Below are positions 40,610 through 53,839 of a DNA stretch of 64,000 bases, in pieces (within the stretch, counting starts at the first letter, position 1; each line of letters starts with the position of its first letter). Under the pieces are notes generated by a model. That model was not told the origin of the DNA and searched no databases. It was given only the letters and a program-made list of their open reading frames with translations. Where the stretch lies: NCBI RefSeq assembly GCF_004010195.1, contig NC_057755.1, positions 9,826,891-9,890,890 on the forward strand, given 5' to 3'. The DNA comes from Chiloscyllium plagiosum (Eukaryota). The translations under genes were made by a program, and so were the position numbers.

Positions 40610-41350
40610 AATGTCATAGTCATACAGCACTGAAACAAACCCATTGGTCCAACAGGTTCATGCTGACTATAATCCCGAAATGAACTACCCCAACTATCTG
40701 TGCTTGACCCATATTTTTTCAAGCATTTATACTCATGTCCTTATCCAAATGTCTTTTAAATATAACCACCACATCCACTGACAGTTCATTCCATTCACAA
40801 ACCACTCTGTGCAAAAACGTTGCTCCTTGTCTTTATTAAATCTTTCTCTTCTCACCCTTTAAAAATATGCACCCTAGTCTTGAAGTCTCCAACCTGAGGG
40901 AAAAGACACCTGCTTTATCACTTTACCTGTACCCCTTGATAAGGTCACCCCTCAACCTCCTATGCTCCAGTGAAAAAATGTCCCAGCCTATCCAGCGCCT
41001 CATAACTCAAATTCTCCTCTCCCGGAAACAACCTGGTGAACCATTTTTGAACACACTCTAGCTTAATAATGCCCTTCCTAAAATAGGGCGACCTGAACTG
41101 GACACAATAATCCAGAAGAGGCCTCCTGTACAACCTCAACATGACATCCCAACTCCAACATTCAAAGGTCTCAGCAATGAAACCAAATATTAAATGCTAC
41201 CTTAACCATCCTGTTAACATGTGATGCAAACTTCAAAAAAATTACATGCATCAACCCCTAGGTTTCTGTATTCAACAGCACTCCCAAGCTCCTACTTTGA
41301 ATAAGTCCTGCCCCGGTTTGTTTTATCAAAACCCAATACCTCACGTTTGT
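40610..41350 (-). mobile_element. CR1 3' fragment
   Basis: RPLLDYCVQFRSP, LECVQKWFTRL. Confidence 0.8.
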
Positions 41351-42099
41351 CTTCAGAACATTTTTTTTCTTATCCTGTGCCTCCTTCTGACTCTGTCTCC
41401 CTCATTGTGATCTCTCTCTCTCTCTCCCTCTCTTGAATTATTTCCTTTGCTGAAACTGGCACAAACCCAAGAGGCTTGTCTTTCTCAGAAATTCCTTAAA
41501 GTGTTGTTTCATGTCGAAGAAATACCACAAGCTACCAGAAAATGGTGGGAGTTCTGAACAGGATTTGGACTGGGTTTGATCCCTTTCATTTCTCTTTCTT
41601 TTCACAGATGCTGCCAGATCTGTTGAGCTTCTCCAGCTTCCTCTGCGTTTCTTTCAAATTTCCAGCATCTGCAATATTCTGTTTACACTTTCCATATCAC
41701 AGCTGATTCCTTATATACTGGCTACTCCCAGTATTCTAACTTTATTTCTGTTTTCAGGTCATTTCTCTTGATTATTTTTCTCTCTCTTTCGCCTGTTCCA
41801 ATACTCTAGTCCGCATAACGATCCTGGAATAAATTCATGAACACTTACCTCATGGCAGGGAAGAGGATCTTTTCATTTGGAGGTGGGAATTGTTCTCCCC
41901 AGAGCAGAGAATGTTAATGGGGAGGTTGGTTTGATGTATTTTCTGCGCACAGTTGTTTTTGGGACACGACTGCCATGTTTGGTATAAACTTAAGACAAAC
42001 ACATTGATTTGTCAGGGAATGAAGTACTGTAAATTCAGGGAATTAACATTTCAAATTTCTGTTTGTAAGATTCTCAGTGGTATAGTTGTCAAATGGAAG

Positions 42100-45000
42100 C
42101 TTTGGTGACAAAGGTGATCGGTGAGGGGAGAACATTGGATGTTGCCTACTTGGAATTTAGTAAGGCTTTCAACAAGGTCCCTCATGGTAGGCTCATCCAG
42201 AAGATTAAGATGCATGGGATCCACGGTGACTTGGCAGCGTGGATTCAGAACTGGCTTACCAGTTCTGAAGGTAGGGGGTGGAAGGGTTTTTTTCCAGGCT
42301 CGAGTTCTGTGACTAGTGGTGTTCCGCAGACATCTGTACTGGGACCTCTGCTGTTTGTGATATATTTCAATGACGGATGAAAATGTAGATTGGTAACTTA
42401 CTAAGTTTACAGACAATACAAAGATTGGTGAAGTTATAGAGAGTGTAGAAGCTTGTCAAAGGATACAGCAGGATCTAGATCAGTTGCAGACATGGGCAGA
42501 AAAATGGCAGATGTGGTTTATCCAGATAAGTGTGAGATGCTGCACTTTGGGAGATCAAGTATTAGGGAAAAGTATATAGTTAATAGTAGGATCTGAACAG
42601 TATTGATGTTCAGAAGGATCTTGGGGTTCAAGTGGATACTGAGGCTGCTGGAGATTATAGTCAAGATTAGCGTGGTGCTGGAAAGGTCAGGCAGCATCCG
42701 AGAAGCAGGAAAATTGATGTTTTGGGCAAAGGCCCTTCATCAAGAAAGGCTCTTGCCCGAAACATCAATTTTCCTGCTCCTCGGATGCTGCCTAACCTGC
42801 TGTGCTTTTCTAGCATCACTCTAACTTTGGGGTTCAAGTCCACAGCTCCCTGAAAGTAGCCACACAAGTAGATAGCGTGGTAAAGAAGACACATGACATG
42901 GAACTGAGTACAAGACTAAGGATGTCATGTTGCAGCTTTGTAAGATTTTAGTCAGGCCAACTTAGAGTAATGCATTCAATTCTGGTCACTACATCACAGG
43001 AAGGATGTCAAGGCTTTGGAGAGAGTGCAGAAGAGGCTTACCAGGATACTGCCTGGATTAGAGGGAATAAGCTATAAGGAGAGGTTAGAAAAAACTTGGC
43101 TTTTATCTCTGGAGCAGCAGAGGCTAAGAGTAAACTTGATAGAAGTCTATAAAATTATAAGATGCATAGATAGGGCCCATCCCTGCGCTGTACAGTTCTA
43201 TTTATATGTTTTAAGATTTTTTTTTTCTAGTTATGCACCACATACAGGTTGTTCTGCTATAAGTATATACAGTTGTGCTCTTATGCAACATCACGCTGTC
43301 AAAGATTGCTAATAGAAAATCGCTATACCCAATCAACAGAAAGTTTGCATTGTCCAAACAATGTTGACAATTCATCAATCGCATTATAGCCAAGTTCGCA
43401 CTGATGCATTATAGCAGAACGACCTGTACATTTAAATGTTCAGTTACCTAGCTGACATAGGGTACATCAAAAGAAGCACATTTTATGAGATTAGGAAACC
43501 TGTTTTTTTAAAAAAAAATCAGCTTGATGACTGGACACAGAGGCTGGTGATGGAAGGTTGTTATTGGACTGGAGGTATGTGAACAGCACTAAGACACAAG
43601 GATCGGTGCTGGGTCCACTGCTTTTTGCCATTTATAATAAACCAGTTGGGTGGGAATATAGGAGGAATGGTTAGTAAGTTTGCAGATGACACCTAAATTG
43701 GAGGTGTCGTGGACAGCAAAGAAGGATACCTCAGAGTATAATGAGTCCTTGATCAGATGGGCCTATGGACCAAGGAGTGGCAGATGAAGTTTAATTTGGA
43801 TAAATGTGAGGTGCTGCATTTTGGAAAGACTAATCAGACTTGTACAACTGGTAGGGTTCTGGGGAGCGTTAATTAACAGAGACCTTGAGGTGCAGGTTAA
43901 TTGTTTACTGAAAGTGGAGTCACAGCTAGATAGGATAGTAAAGGCAGCATTTGGTATGCTTCCCTTTATGGGACAGTGCATTGAGTATAGGAGTTGGAGA
44001 GTTATATTGTTGCTGTACAGGATATGGGTTAGGCCACTTTTGGAATACTGTGTTCAATTCTGGTCTCCCTGCTTTAGGAAAGCTGTTAGACTTGAAAGGG
44101 TTCAAAAATGATTGACAAGGATCTTGCTGGAGTTGGAGGGTTCGACTTCTATGGAGAGGCTGAATAGGCTGGGGCTCTTTTCTCTAGAGTATTGGAGGCT
44201 GAGAGGTGACTTTATATAAGTTTATAAAATCATGAAGGGCACGAAGAGTGTAAATAGCCAAGGTATCTTCTTTTCCCCAAGGTAAAGGAGTCCAAAAACT
44301 AGACGGCATCGGTTTAAGGAGAGAAGGGAATGATTTAAAAGGGAACTGAAGGGCAATGTTTTCATGCAGGTGACGCATGTATTGGATGAGCTGCCGGAGG
44401 AAGTGGTGGAGGCTTGTGCAATTACAACATTTAAAAGCCACCTGGATAAGACCATAAAACATAGGAGTGCAAGTAAGGCCACTCGTCCCATCGGCCCACT
44501 CCGCCATTCAATCATGGCTGATGGGCATTTCAACACCATTTACCTGCACTCTCCCCGTATCCCTTAATTCCTTTCGCGATTAAGAATTTATCAATATCTG
44601 CCTTGAAGACATTGAATGTCCTGGCCTCCACTGCACTCCATCATCATCCATATGCTTATCAAATGACTGTTTAAATGCCCCTAACATTGGCTGAGTTAAC
44701 TACATTGGTATGCAGGGCATTCCATGCCCTTATCACTCATGGCATAAAATGGGGTAGCAAAATGCAGGGGATGGGGACAATCAAAATGTGGAGCTGGTTT
44801 AAGGAACAGATAGTGTGTGTCCTTGATAGGTATGTCCCTATCAGACAGGGAGGAAGTGATCAGGTAAGGGAACTGTGGTTTACTTAAGAAATTGTATCTC
44901 TTGTTAAGCAGAAGAGGGAGGCTTATGTGAGGTTTGAAACAAGATGGTTCAGATGAGGTGATGGAGAGTTATGGATTAGTTTGGAAGGATTTTAAGACTC

Positions 45001-46220
45001 TCTCTAAGAAGGCAGCGAGTGGTGATTGATGGAAAATATTCAGTCTGGAGCCGTTACTGGTGATGTCACACAACGATCTGTTTTAAGCAGAAGAGGGAGG
45101 CTTATGTGAGGTTTGAAACAAGATGGTTCAGATGAGGTGATGGAGAGTTATGGATTAGTTTGGAAGGATTTTAAGACTCTCTAAGAAGGCAGCGAGTGGT
45201 GATTGATGGAAAATATTCAGTCTGGAGCTGTTACTGGTGATGTCACACAACGATCTGTTTTGGGACCACTGTTTGTCATGTTTATAAATGACTTGGATGC
45301 AGGCATAGATGGATGGGTTAGTAAGTTTGCAGATGACACTAAAGTTGGTGGAGTGGTAGACAGTGTAGAAGAATGTTGCAGAGGGACTTGGATAAACTGC
45401 AGAATTTGGCTGAGAGTTGGCAAATGAAATTCAACGCTGATAAATGGGAAGTAATTCACTTTGGGAAGAACAACAGGAAGGCAGAATACTAGGTCAATGG
45501 AAAGATTCTTGGTAGTCTGGATGTGGGCAGAGAGATCTTGGTGTCCATGTACATAGATCGCTGAAAGTCGCCAGGTTGATAATGCTGGTTGATAATGCTG
45601 TTAAAAAGACATATGGTGTGTTATGCTTTATTGGTAGAGGGATTGAGTTCCAGAGCCATGATGTCATGCTGCAACTGTACAAAATGCTGGTGTGGCCTCA
45701 CTTGGAAGATGGCATACAGTTCTGGTCGCCTCATAACAGGAAGGATGTGGAAGCATTGGAAAAGGTTCATTGGAGATTGACCAGGATGCTGTCTGGTCTG
45801 GAACGAAGATCTTATGAGAAAAACCTGAGGGATTTGGGTCTGTTCTCATTAGAGAGAAGACTAAGAGGGGATTTACTCAAGAGATACAAGATGATCAGAG
45901 GATTAGATAGGGTGAACAGTGACAGCCTGTTTCCTAGGATGATGACATTGCCTTGTACAAGGATGCACAGCTGCAAATTGAGGGGTGATACATTTAAGAC
46001 AGATGTCAGAGGCAGGTTCTTTACTCAGAGTGGAAAGGGTGATGAATGCCCTACCTGCCAATGTAGTTAACTCAGCCCCATTAGGGAGATTTAAACAATC
46101 CTTGGATAAGCATATGGATGATGATGGGATAGTGTAGGGAGATGGGCTTAGATTAGTACACAGGTTAACACAACATCAAGGGCTGAAGGGCCTGTTCTGC
46201 GCTGTATTGTTCCATGTTTT
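42100..46220 (+). mobile_element. Cluster of three CR1 RT/3' fragments (about 42100-43175, 43520-44450, 44740-46220)
   Basis: Repeated FSKAFNKVPH, SVLGPL, FADDTK and QFWSP motifs. Confidence 0.85.
44904..45260. repeat. About 179 bp tandem duplication within CR1
   Basis: ttaagcagaagagggagg at 44904 and 45083. Confidence 0.93.
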
Positions 46221-46359
46221 ATGCTCTTGCTAATCTGCACTGATGTGTTGTGTTTCTACTCTCTCATTCTGACACATAAGGCAGTGGGAAGAGACAGGAA
46301 TATACAGTCAAATGGAATGAGGCATGTCTGATGAAGTGGCTGGGGGCAAGGGAGATGTG

Positions 46360-46645
46360 ACAGAGGGAGGGAGAGAGTGAGGGAGAGAGTGAGAGAGAGA
46401 GAGAGAGAGAAGGGAAGTGGAAGGGAGTAATGGGAAGTGGGAGGAAGACGGGGAAGGAGAAAGAGGAAGTTGAGGGAGGGAGAAGGGAGGGAGGGAGAAA
46501 AGGACACTAGGAAAGAGCTGGGAGGCAGGGAAGAGACTGAGGGAGGGAAAATATAGGACACTAGTAAAGAGCTGGGAGCAGGGAAGAGAGAGAGGGACAG
46601 AGAAAAGGACACAAAGAGCTGAATGATAGAAAGGAAGAGACAGAC
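46360..46645. repeat. Purine-rich low-complexity tract with a short repeat (aggacacta..aaagagctggga)
   Basis: Directly visible. Confidence 0.85.
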
Positions 46646-46673
46646 AAAGTTTAAGGCCAATGGAATCAATCAT

Positions 46674-46679
46674 TTTATT
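46674..46679 (-). terminator. Poly(A) signal of the CCCH gene
   Basis: AATAAA on - strand about 850 nt past the stop, followed by pyrimidine-rich sequence. Confidence 0.65.
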
Positions 46680-47521
46680 CAGTCACAAAATGAGAACTAC
46701 GTACATTCTACAGGGGTACAGGCCCTTACATGTGAGGATAAGTCTCAATCAAACAGGTTAATAGTGAACTGTGAAGTCACACTGCTTTCGTGGGGCTGGG
46801 ACAAGGTGAGAAACATTATAACTTGATGGCCAATCTTCACACCAGCCTAGATATGAAGTTTGTTCCATCCTGAACAGCCTTGTGCCCAGAGCAGGGAGAA
46901 GTTGGCAGAAATGATGGAGTAATCACTGGTCTTTCTGGATCCTGACCCCCAGTTTCCCCCAAGGCTCGGAGGACAGGAAACAGGGCTCGGCATGCACTAT
47001 GAGGCCTGACAGGAGTCCTACCTACCCACATGACTGAATTCTAGATTCACACAAAACAGAGAGCAGGGATGTAACCCCACGGTCAGCCTTAATAACGAGT
47101 GGAAAGACTATCAAAGCTTGGATACCACAAGACCAAACCAGTCGTGGTTGGAAGTTGGAAGTGTCCCATACTCTCCTTGGCAATCGCTAGCTCCCGCGAT
47201 CAACCTCGTGTGCAGCCCCCCAGTGTACTGGCTGGTAGGGATGGTTTTGGTAACAGTGGGCTGTCCTGTCCTTCGAGCCATCCTGTAGCATGCTAACATT
47301 TCCTGACAACCAGCCCTTTTACCAGAGACTGGGTCACAACACTTTCTCGGAGCCTCATTCCAGTCAGAAACGTCCCTACTGGTATTGGATCTGTTACGGA
47401 AGGCCTCAGCCTGTTCCATGAACTCAGACTTTCTCTGCTGCTAAGCCTGTTACAGTTGGCCAGGCCCCTCTTGACATTGGGCCTGTTCCACGAGCTCAGA
47501 CTTTCTCTGCTGCTGAGCTGA

Positions 47522-48047
47522 CTACAGTAGGCCAGGCCCCTCCTTGGCATGTTGGATCCAGTAATTCTTCACGATCCTCTTGGGGGGGGTGGGAGTTGCA
47601 CTCAGACCTGGCCTCTTTCTGCCACTCTTGCCCATAGGCACCTCACCGTTCTCCTGGGGTGGGGAGCCTGCAGGGCCAGGCCGGTAGTCTGGCAGGTCAC
47701 TGTCGTGGGCGAACTTGCAGTTGCTGCCGTAGCGGCAGCGGCCATCCTTGCGGTAGGCCAGGCAGATCTTGCTGCCCCCACCCGCTTCCTCCGTGCGCAC
47801 GCCAGCTGTCAGCCTCACGTGCTTCTCCAGCAGACTCAGGCGCTGGCGCCGCTCCTGGGTGAAGGGGTTAGCAAAGACTCCGGGCGTCTGGCTCAGGCCT
47901 CCCTCCAGCTCTGGTGGCGGGAGCTTCATGGGATTCGAGGTCCCCTCCTCTGCTTGCTCCTGGGACCCACCACCATCACTGCATCGCTCCTCAGTCCCAG
48001 ATTCTTCCGCCGGTGGAGCCTCTAGTCCGGACTCAGTGCTCCCAGTC
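47522..48047 (-). CDS. Terminal coding exon of an uncharacterised CCCH zinc-finger protein gene
   Basis: About 175 GC-rich open codons with exact C-x8-C-x5-C-x3-H (CLAYRKDGRCRYGSNCKFAH, 47705-47764), plus VFANPF and LLEKHVRLT motifs and a basic tail; acceptor tcttcggtctcag|G at 48048/48047; TAG at 47522. Confidence 0.88.
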
Positions 48048-49619
48048 CTGAGACCGAAGATAAACACAGAGCAAAGGGGTCAGACACAGAACGTACTCCA
48101 ACCTTTCCAGCATGCACAACCCTTTAATGGCCAGATCCAGCTTTAACTCAGGTACAGACGAATTCTCAACATTACCACCAACTAACGTTCCTCATGAATG
48201 ACAACAATAAAATCACTGCAAAGGAAATGCTGCAAATACATCAATGTTCTATTAGAGGTGAACTGCCAACTCAGAGATCTCTTCCCATATCTTCATGTGA
48301 TACATGTTTTTTGAGTAGGGAAAAGATACCCAGACTGGTGTCCATTCCCACACTGAACTTTAACCTCAGGATTAAATGTGACGTATGCAGGTAATATATG
48401 ACCTTCCTGTCAGAGTGAAATAGCGATGTAAAAAGCGGAAACAGACCCTTCAGTCCAACGCATCCATGCCGATCACAGAATGTACTCCTGCATATTTATC
48501 TGCACTGAAATTCATCAGACAATTATCTGTCCATTCTGTACATTCATTAATGTCCACTACTGAATTACAGCTATCAGTGCTGACCTTCCGTCCCAATTTG
48601 GCATCATCACAATTTAGAAAATTGTATTTTTGATTCCAAACTAAGTCATTCTGATTTCTGTGAATACCATTTCCTGCCTCTGCCATTCCGAATAACTAGC
48701 ATTGAATTCTGTTCTTAGCTTTCTGTCCGAAATCAATGAGCTATCCATTGTCACTTGCCCCAGTATTATATTCACTAAAAACTTATTAGTCGATTATGGG
48801 CACCATATCAAAGCCATTTGAAAATGCAGATAAATTACATGTACTATTTAACTGCTGAAGCTCTCTGCCAACACCAAAATTAAAATTGGAAAACAACATT
48901 CAATTTTCACATACATTCTAACTTAATAATCAAGACACTTGAAAATGCAATAGTTATATTCAACACCTCCTGTGTTTAAGGAGAAAGTGAGGTCTGCAGA
49001 TGCTGGAGATCAGAGATGGAAATGTGTTGCTGGAAAAGCGCAGCAGGTCAGGTTCCCTAGATGTTGCCTGACGTGCTGTGCTTTTCCAGCAACACATTTC
49101 CACCTCCTGTGTTTATCCAGCCTCATACTCCTCTCTCTCTACTCAAGATTGTCTGTTAACAAGCTCCTCTCACAGCAAGCAGCTGTCTCCCTGTGGCTCC
49201 CACTCTTCCACACTCATACCCCTGCAAGTCCGCCCCCATCAGCCCACCTCTTTCCCCAGCAACGCAATCCCACTTCCGCCCCAGTCCCTAGGCGTCTCTC
49301 TCCACCCCTGTACTCACACCTCTTCCCCTGACCACTCGCTCTCCCCTTGTGTCCCACAACACACCCTCTCTCCCTACCCCTCCATAACCACAGCTCAATC
49401 CAGTTACCTTTTTCACTCCCACTGTCTCATGCATTGCGTCTCACCGCCCTAAACTTCCCAACCTCACTGCTTTCTCCCATTCAAACATCCAAATCGTCCC
49501 AGTCCTATTTTCACTCCTCTCCCTGCTCACCCTAAACTCCTGCACTTCCCCAAACCGTCTAATCGTCCCCGGCTCGCTCCACGCCCCCACCCATCTCCTC
49601 TGCACCAGACACCACCGCT

Positions 49620-50225
49620 NNNNNNNNNNNNNNNNNNNNNNNNNNNNNNNNNNNNNNNNNNNNNNNNNNNNNNNNNNNNNNNNNNNNNNNNNNNNNNNNN
49701 NNNNNNNNNNNNNNNNNNNNNNNNNNNNNNNNNNNNNNNNNNNNNNNNNNNNNNNNNNNNNNNNNNNNNNNNNNNNNNNNNNNNNNNNNNNNNNNNNNNN
49801 NNNNNNNNNNNNNNNNNNNNNNNNNNNNNNNNNNNNNNNNNNNNNNNNNNNNNNNNNNNNNNNNNNNNNNNNNNNNNNNNNNNNNNNNNNNNNNNNNNNN
49901 NNNNNNNNNNNNNNNNNNNNNNNNNNNNNNNNNNNNNNNNNNNNNNNNNNNNNNNNNNNNNNNNNNNNNNNNNNNNNNNNNNNNNNNNNNNNNNNNNNNN
50001 NNNNNNNNNNNNNNNNNNNNNNNNNNNNNNNNNNNNNNNNNNNNNNNNNNNNNNNNNNNNNNNNNNNNNNNNNNNNNNNNNNNNNNNNNNNNNNNNNNNN
50101 NNNNNNNNNNNNNNNNNNNNNNNNNNNNNNNNNNNNNNNNNNNNNNNNNNNNNNNNNNNNNNNNNNNNNNNNNNNNNNNNNNNNNNNNNNNNNNNNNNNN
50201 NNNNNNNNNNNNNNNNNNNNNNNNN
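49620..50225. other. Assembly gap (N run) with GC-rich flanks
   Basis: Directly visible. Confidence 1.
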
Positions 50226-50230
50226 GCTCC

Positions 50231-50412
50231 TTGGCTGTAACCCCGCCCCCTGGCTGTAACCCCGCCCCCTGACTGTCTGACCCCGCCCACTTGCTGTGAG
50301 ACCCCTTCTTGGGTAGACCCGCCACCCGAATGTGACCCCGCCCCCTTGCTGTTTGACCCCTCCCCTGGTTGTGACTCCGCCCCCTGCCGTGATCTCCAGG
50401 CCTGTCCAATGT
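50231..50412 (-). promoter_or_regulatory. GC-box (Sp/KLF) array with CCAAT box; probable promoter of the CCCH gene
   Basis: About 8 units of 18-21 bp, several with CCCCGCCCC or near matches, CCAAT near 50406; abuts the N gap upstream of the - strand gene. Confidence 0.55.
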
Positions 50413-53400
50413 GGGTCATGACCCTTTCGCACTGACCCTGTACCACCCGTTCAGAAATCGTTATGATTCAATTAATTTTCACTGTGTCACAGTATAAGTA
50501 CACAAGTCAGTGAGTGTTCATCAATTTAAACATTATCCCTGTAGCTTCAACGTCACCCATTCCATATTGCTGAACATTTGCAACATTTAGAAATAAAAAA
50601 TATGCAACTTGTTTTCCAGCATTAAGGACGCAAAGTTTTGGAAAAAAAAATCTAATCTCATTTTTCTAAACTCCAGTTAAGATGTGCCTACTATTCTATT
50701 CCAACGACTTTGCAGTTTTTCTTCAATTAAATAGTACATGTATCCCCCACTATTCAGAAGTAGAGCATTCCTATGAAACCTTTCATAAGCCCTTCTTCAG
50801 GAACGTCGATTCTCCTGTTCCCTGGATGCTGCCTGACCTGCTGCGCTTTTCCAGCAACACATTTTCAGCTCTGATCTCCAGCATCTGCAGACCTCACTTT
50901 CTCCTCAAGAACAATAAGATACTGACAAAGAGTATCCCACACGGCAGTAATGAGATGGCCATGAAAACTGTTGCGTGGTTTTATGGACAGTGTTTGTGTG
51001 TACTTTAATTTAAATAATTTTTAGCAGTTTTTCTTGGTTTAAGTGGCATAAAGCAAACGTTCCAAAAGTAGGGGCTACCTGTACTGTGTGACTTACTCTC
51101 TTCCAAAGTGAGCAACTTATTTTCACTCAGACTCCATTCAACAACTTTTTTTCCCCCAATTAGGTATCCATTCATATCTCTCTGTAAATTGTTTGCACCT
51201 CCCATGCAGCCTGCCTTTCCACTCATTTTCACGTCACCTCAAATTTGGCAACAGTACTTCAGAATCCTTCCTCCAAGTCATTCATACACTTTTGTAAACT
51301 GACCCCTGTGGAACCACACTCAACAACGTGAAAAAATCAGCCTTAGCCCCACTTGGTGGTTCCTGCGCATTAGCTAATTCTCTAACCATACCGATGTACT
51401 ACCTTTAGCTCCATGAGCTCTTATCTTATGACTTAACCTTTTCACGAAATCCCTACAACGTGGAAGCAGTCTATTCAGCCCATTGTGTCCACATCGATTC
51501 CCTAATGAGCACCCCAACAAAACCCATCCTAATGCACCCATTAAGCAATGCCTGTAACCCCACATTTCCCATAGTTAACCCACATAGCCTGTATGTCCCT
51601 GGACACTGTAAACAACTTAGTATGGCCACTCTCCTAATCTACACATCATTGGACTGTCGGATGAAACTGGAACACCTGTAGGAAATCCACACACAGACAT
51701 GGGGAGAAAATGCAAACTCCAAACAGACAGTTGCCTGAGGCTGGAATCAAACCCAGGTACCTGGTAGTGAGGCAGCAGTGCTAACCACTGAGCAATAACA
51801 CCGTAAGGCACAGGAGCAGAAATTAGGCCATTCAGCCTATCGAGTCTGCTCTGCCATTCAGTCATGACTGATAGGTTTTTGAAACCCATTTTCCTGATTT
51901 TGCCCTGTATCTTTTGATCCCTTTGGCAATAAAGAACTCATTGGTCTCTGTTTTAAACATACTCATTGACCTGGCTGCCAAAACCTTCTTTTGGAAAGTA
52001 CCTTGCCAAACACTTTCTGGATCTTCAAATACAACAAAACCACTGGTTCGTCTCTATTCATTCTGCTTGAGACTTCCTTGATATGCTCAAATAACTTAAT
52101 TAGACCCGATGTCTCTTTCATGAAGCCAAGCTGACTTTGTTTTATTAGATTATGATATTTCCAAAGTTTTGCTTCTTTATTAATTCATTCTCATACATTT
52201 CAAACAATTCTGGTTCTCATATGTTTCAATCAACTCACCTCTCTCACCCTTCTATACCACAGCAGATACAATCTTACATGATCGTGTCTTCCCCCTTAAG
52301 ATATTCCTCACCTTCTTGGTATTGGTCCAGTAAAACCTCCCTGAAGTGCACCCAGCACAGTTCCATCCTTCCTGAAATAATGTGATCAATACCATATAGC
52401 ATTGCTAATGTTGTCTCAGCAGTGGCCTTGATGATTGAAAGACACTTTTGCTGTTAATCTCATTCCTGATAAATGGTAACAGTCTATTAGCTTTCTTAAT
52501 TACTTGTTTGATCTGAAAACTGACATTTTGTGATTCTCTTGTGTGTGAATCCAAACCCACTGCTTTCCTCGTAATCTGGACTTTTGTTGCCATTCATCAG
52601 AACTCAAAGTAGCTCGACAATCTAATACATTTGCTGATAACGGTTGGTGTGGAAGTGGGTGTGGGATTGGATAGAATACATGGAAACAGTGCTAGGAGGG
52701 AGAGAGAGAGAAAAAGAGAGAGAGAGAGAGAGTAAGGGAATAGGCCAAGAAAGGGATTGCTCATGATGGAAAACAAGCTGAATCTTTTCTATTTCTACAT
52801 GCTGCCAAAACTCAGTGACAAGTAAACAGTGATCTGAAAACTGCTGGGATTATGCTTAAACTGATGAGCACTTGCACCAACTCATGTATTCATAGTGTGA
52901 TCCAGAGAAAATTTAAAGGGGAGCTGGATAATGAAATGAAGTACTCACTGCTGATTTAAATGATTGAATTAAAAATCACACAACACCAGGTTATAGTCCA
53001 ACAGATTTATTTGGACGTACCAGCCTTTGAAGTGCCGCTACTTTGGCTGCAGGCATTGACTTTCCCAATGCTATATTTTGGAATTGGAAATTACATATGA
53101 AATGCGTCACTGGCGGTGCAGAACCGCGCAAAAAAGACTATGGTTCCATGTGCGAGATTTTTAGAACATTGTGGAGTCCAAAAATACAGACTCTCAGATT
53201 AGGGTGAGAAGGGAAAGATTTAAAAGGGAACTAATGGGCAATCTTTTTATGCAGAGGGTGGTGCATTTATGGAATGAGCTCCCAGAGGAAGTGGTAGAGG
53301 CTGGTACAATTACAACATGTGAAAGGCATCTGTATGGGTAAATGAAGAGGAAAGGTTGAGAGGGATATGCATCAAGTGCTTGCAAATGGGACTGGATTAA

Positions 53401-53839
53401 TTTAGGATATCTGGTCAGCATGGACGAGTTGGACTGATGGGTCCGTGTCCACAGTGGACAGCTCCATGACTCCATGACTATGAATTGATGTTGAATACTT
53501 TCATGTAATCGTCAAATTGAGTGTAAAAGAAAATCAGAATTAAAACCACTTTTCTGCCGCAATTTCAATTTGCAGTTGCATGACCTGACAACACAGGGAA
53601 GCCTGACAATCTTGCATCAGGAAAGAATAAATGTCAATGAAAATGTGAAACTTGAATAATTGGTGAATGTGAGTCTCAAACTCTTTAAAAAAAAGAGTTC
53701 AGGAGAACACTTTGTCCCCAGTTATGGTATAGCAATGTTTCCTTACTGCAGAATGTTTCAGGAAACATAAATCTGACATTCTGTATGCTTACCGATGGAG
53801 CAAAATGTAAATACCCAATGCAATGCATTTGTTGTTGTC

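Noticed and set aside
46256..46673. Ser/Leu/Pro-rich ORFs
   Set aside because: Translation of a purine/pyrimidine low-complexity tract
47549..48146. + strand ORFs overlapping the CCCH exon
   Set aside because: Antisense shadows of a GC-rich coding exon with no motifs of their own
49525..49619. First coding exon of the CCCH gene ending at a G|GTGAGC donor near 49530
   Set aside because: Donor is plausible but truncated by the gap, with no start codon or recognisable peptide; cannot be supported
49441..50446. Three ~300-aa ORFs
   Set aside because: Artefacts of translating through the N gap
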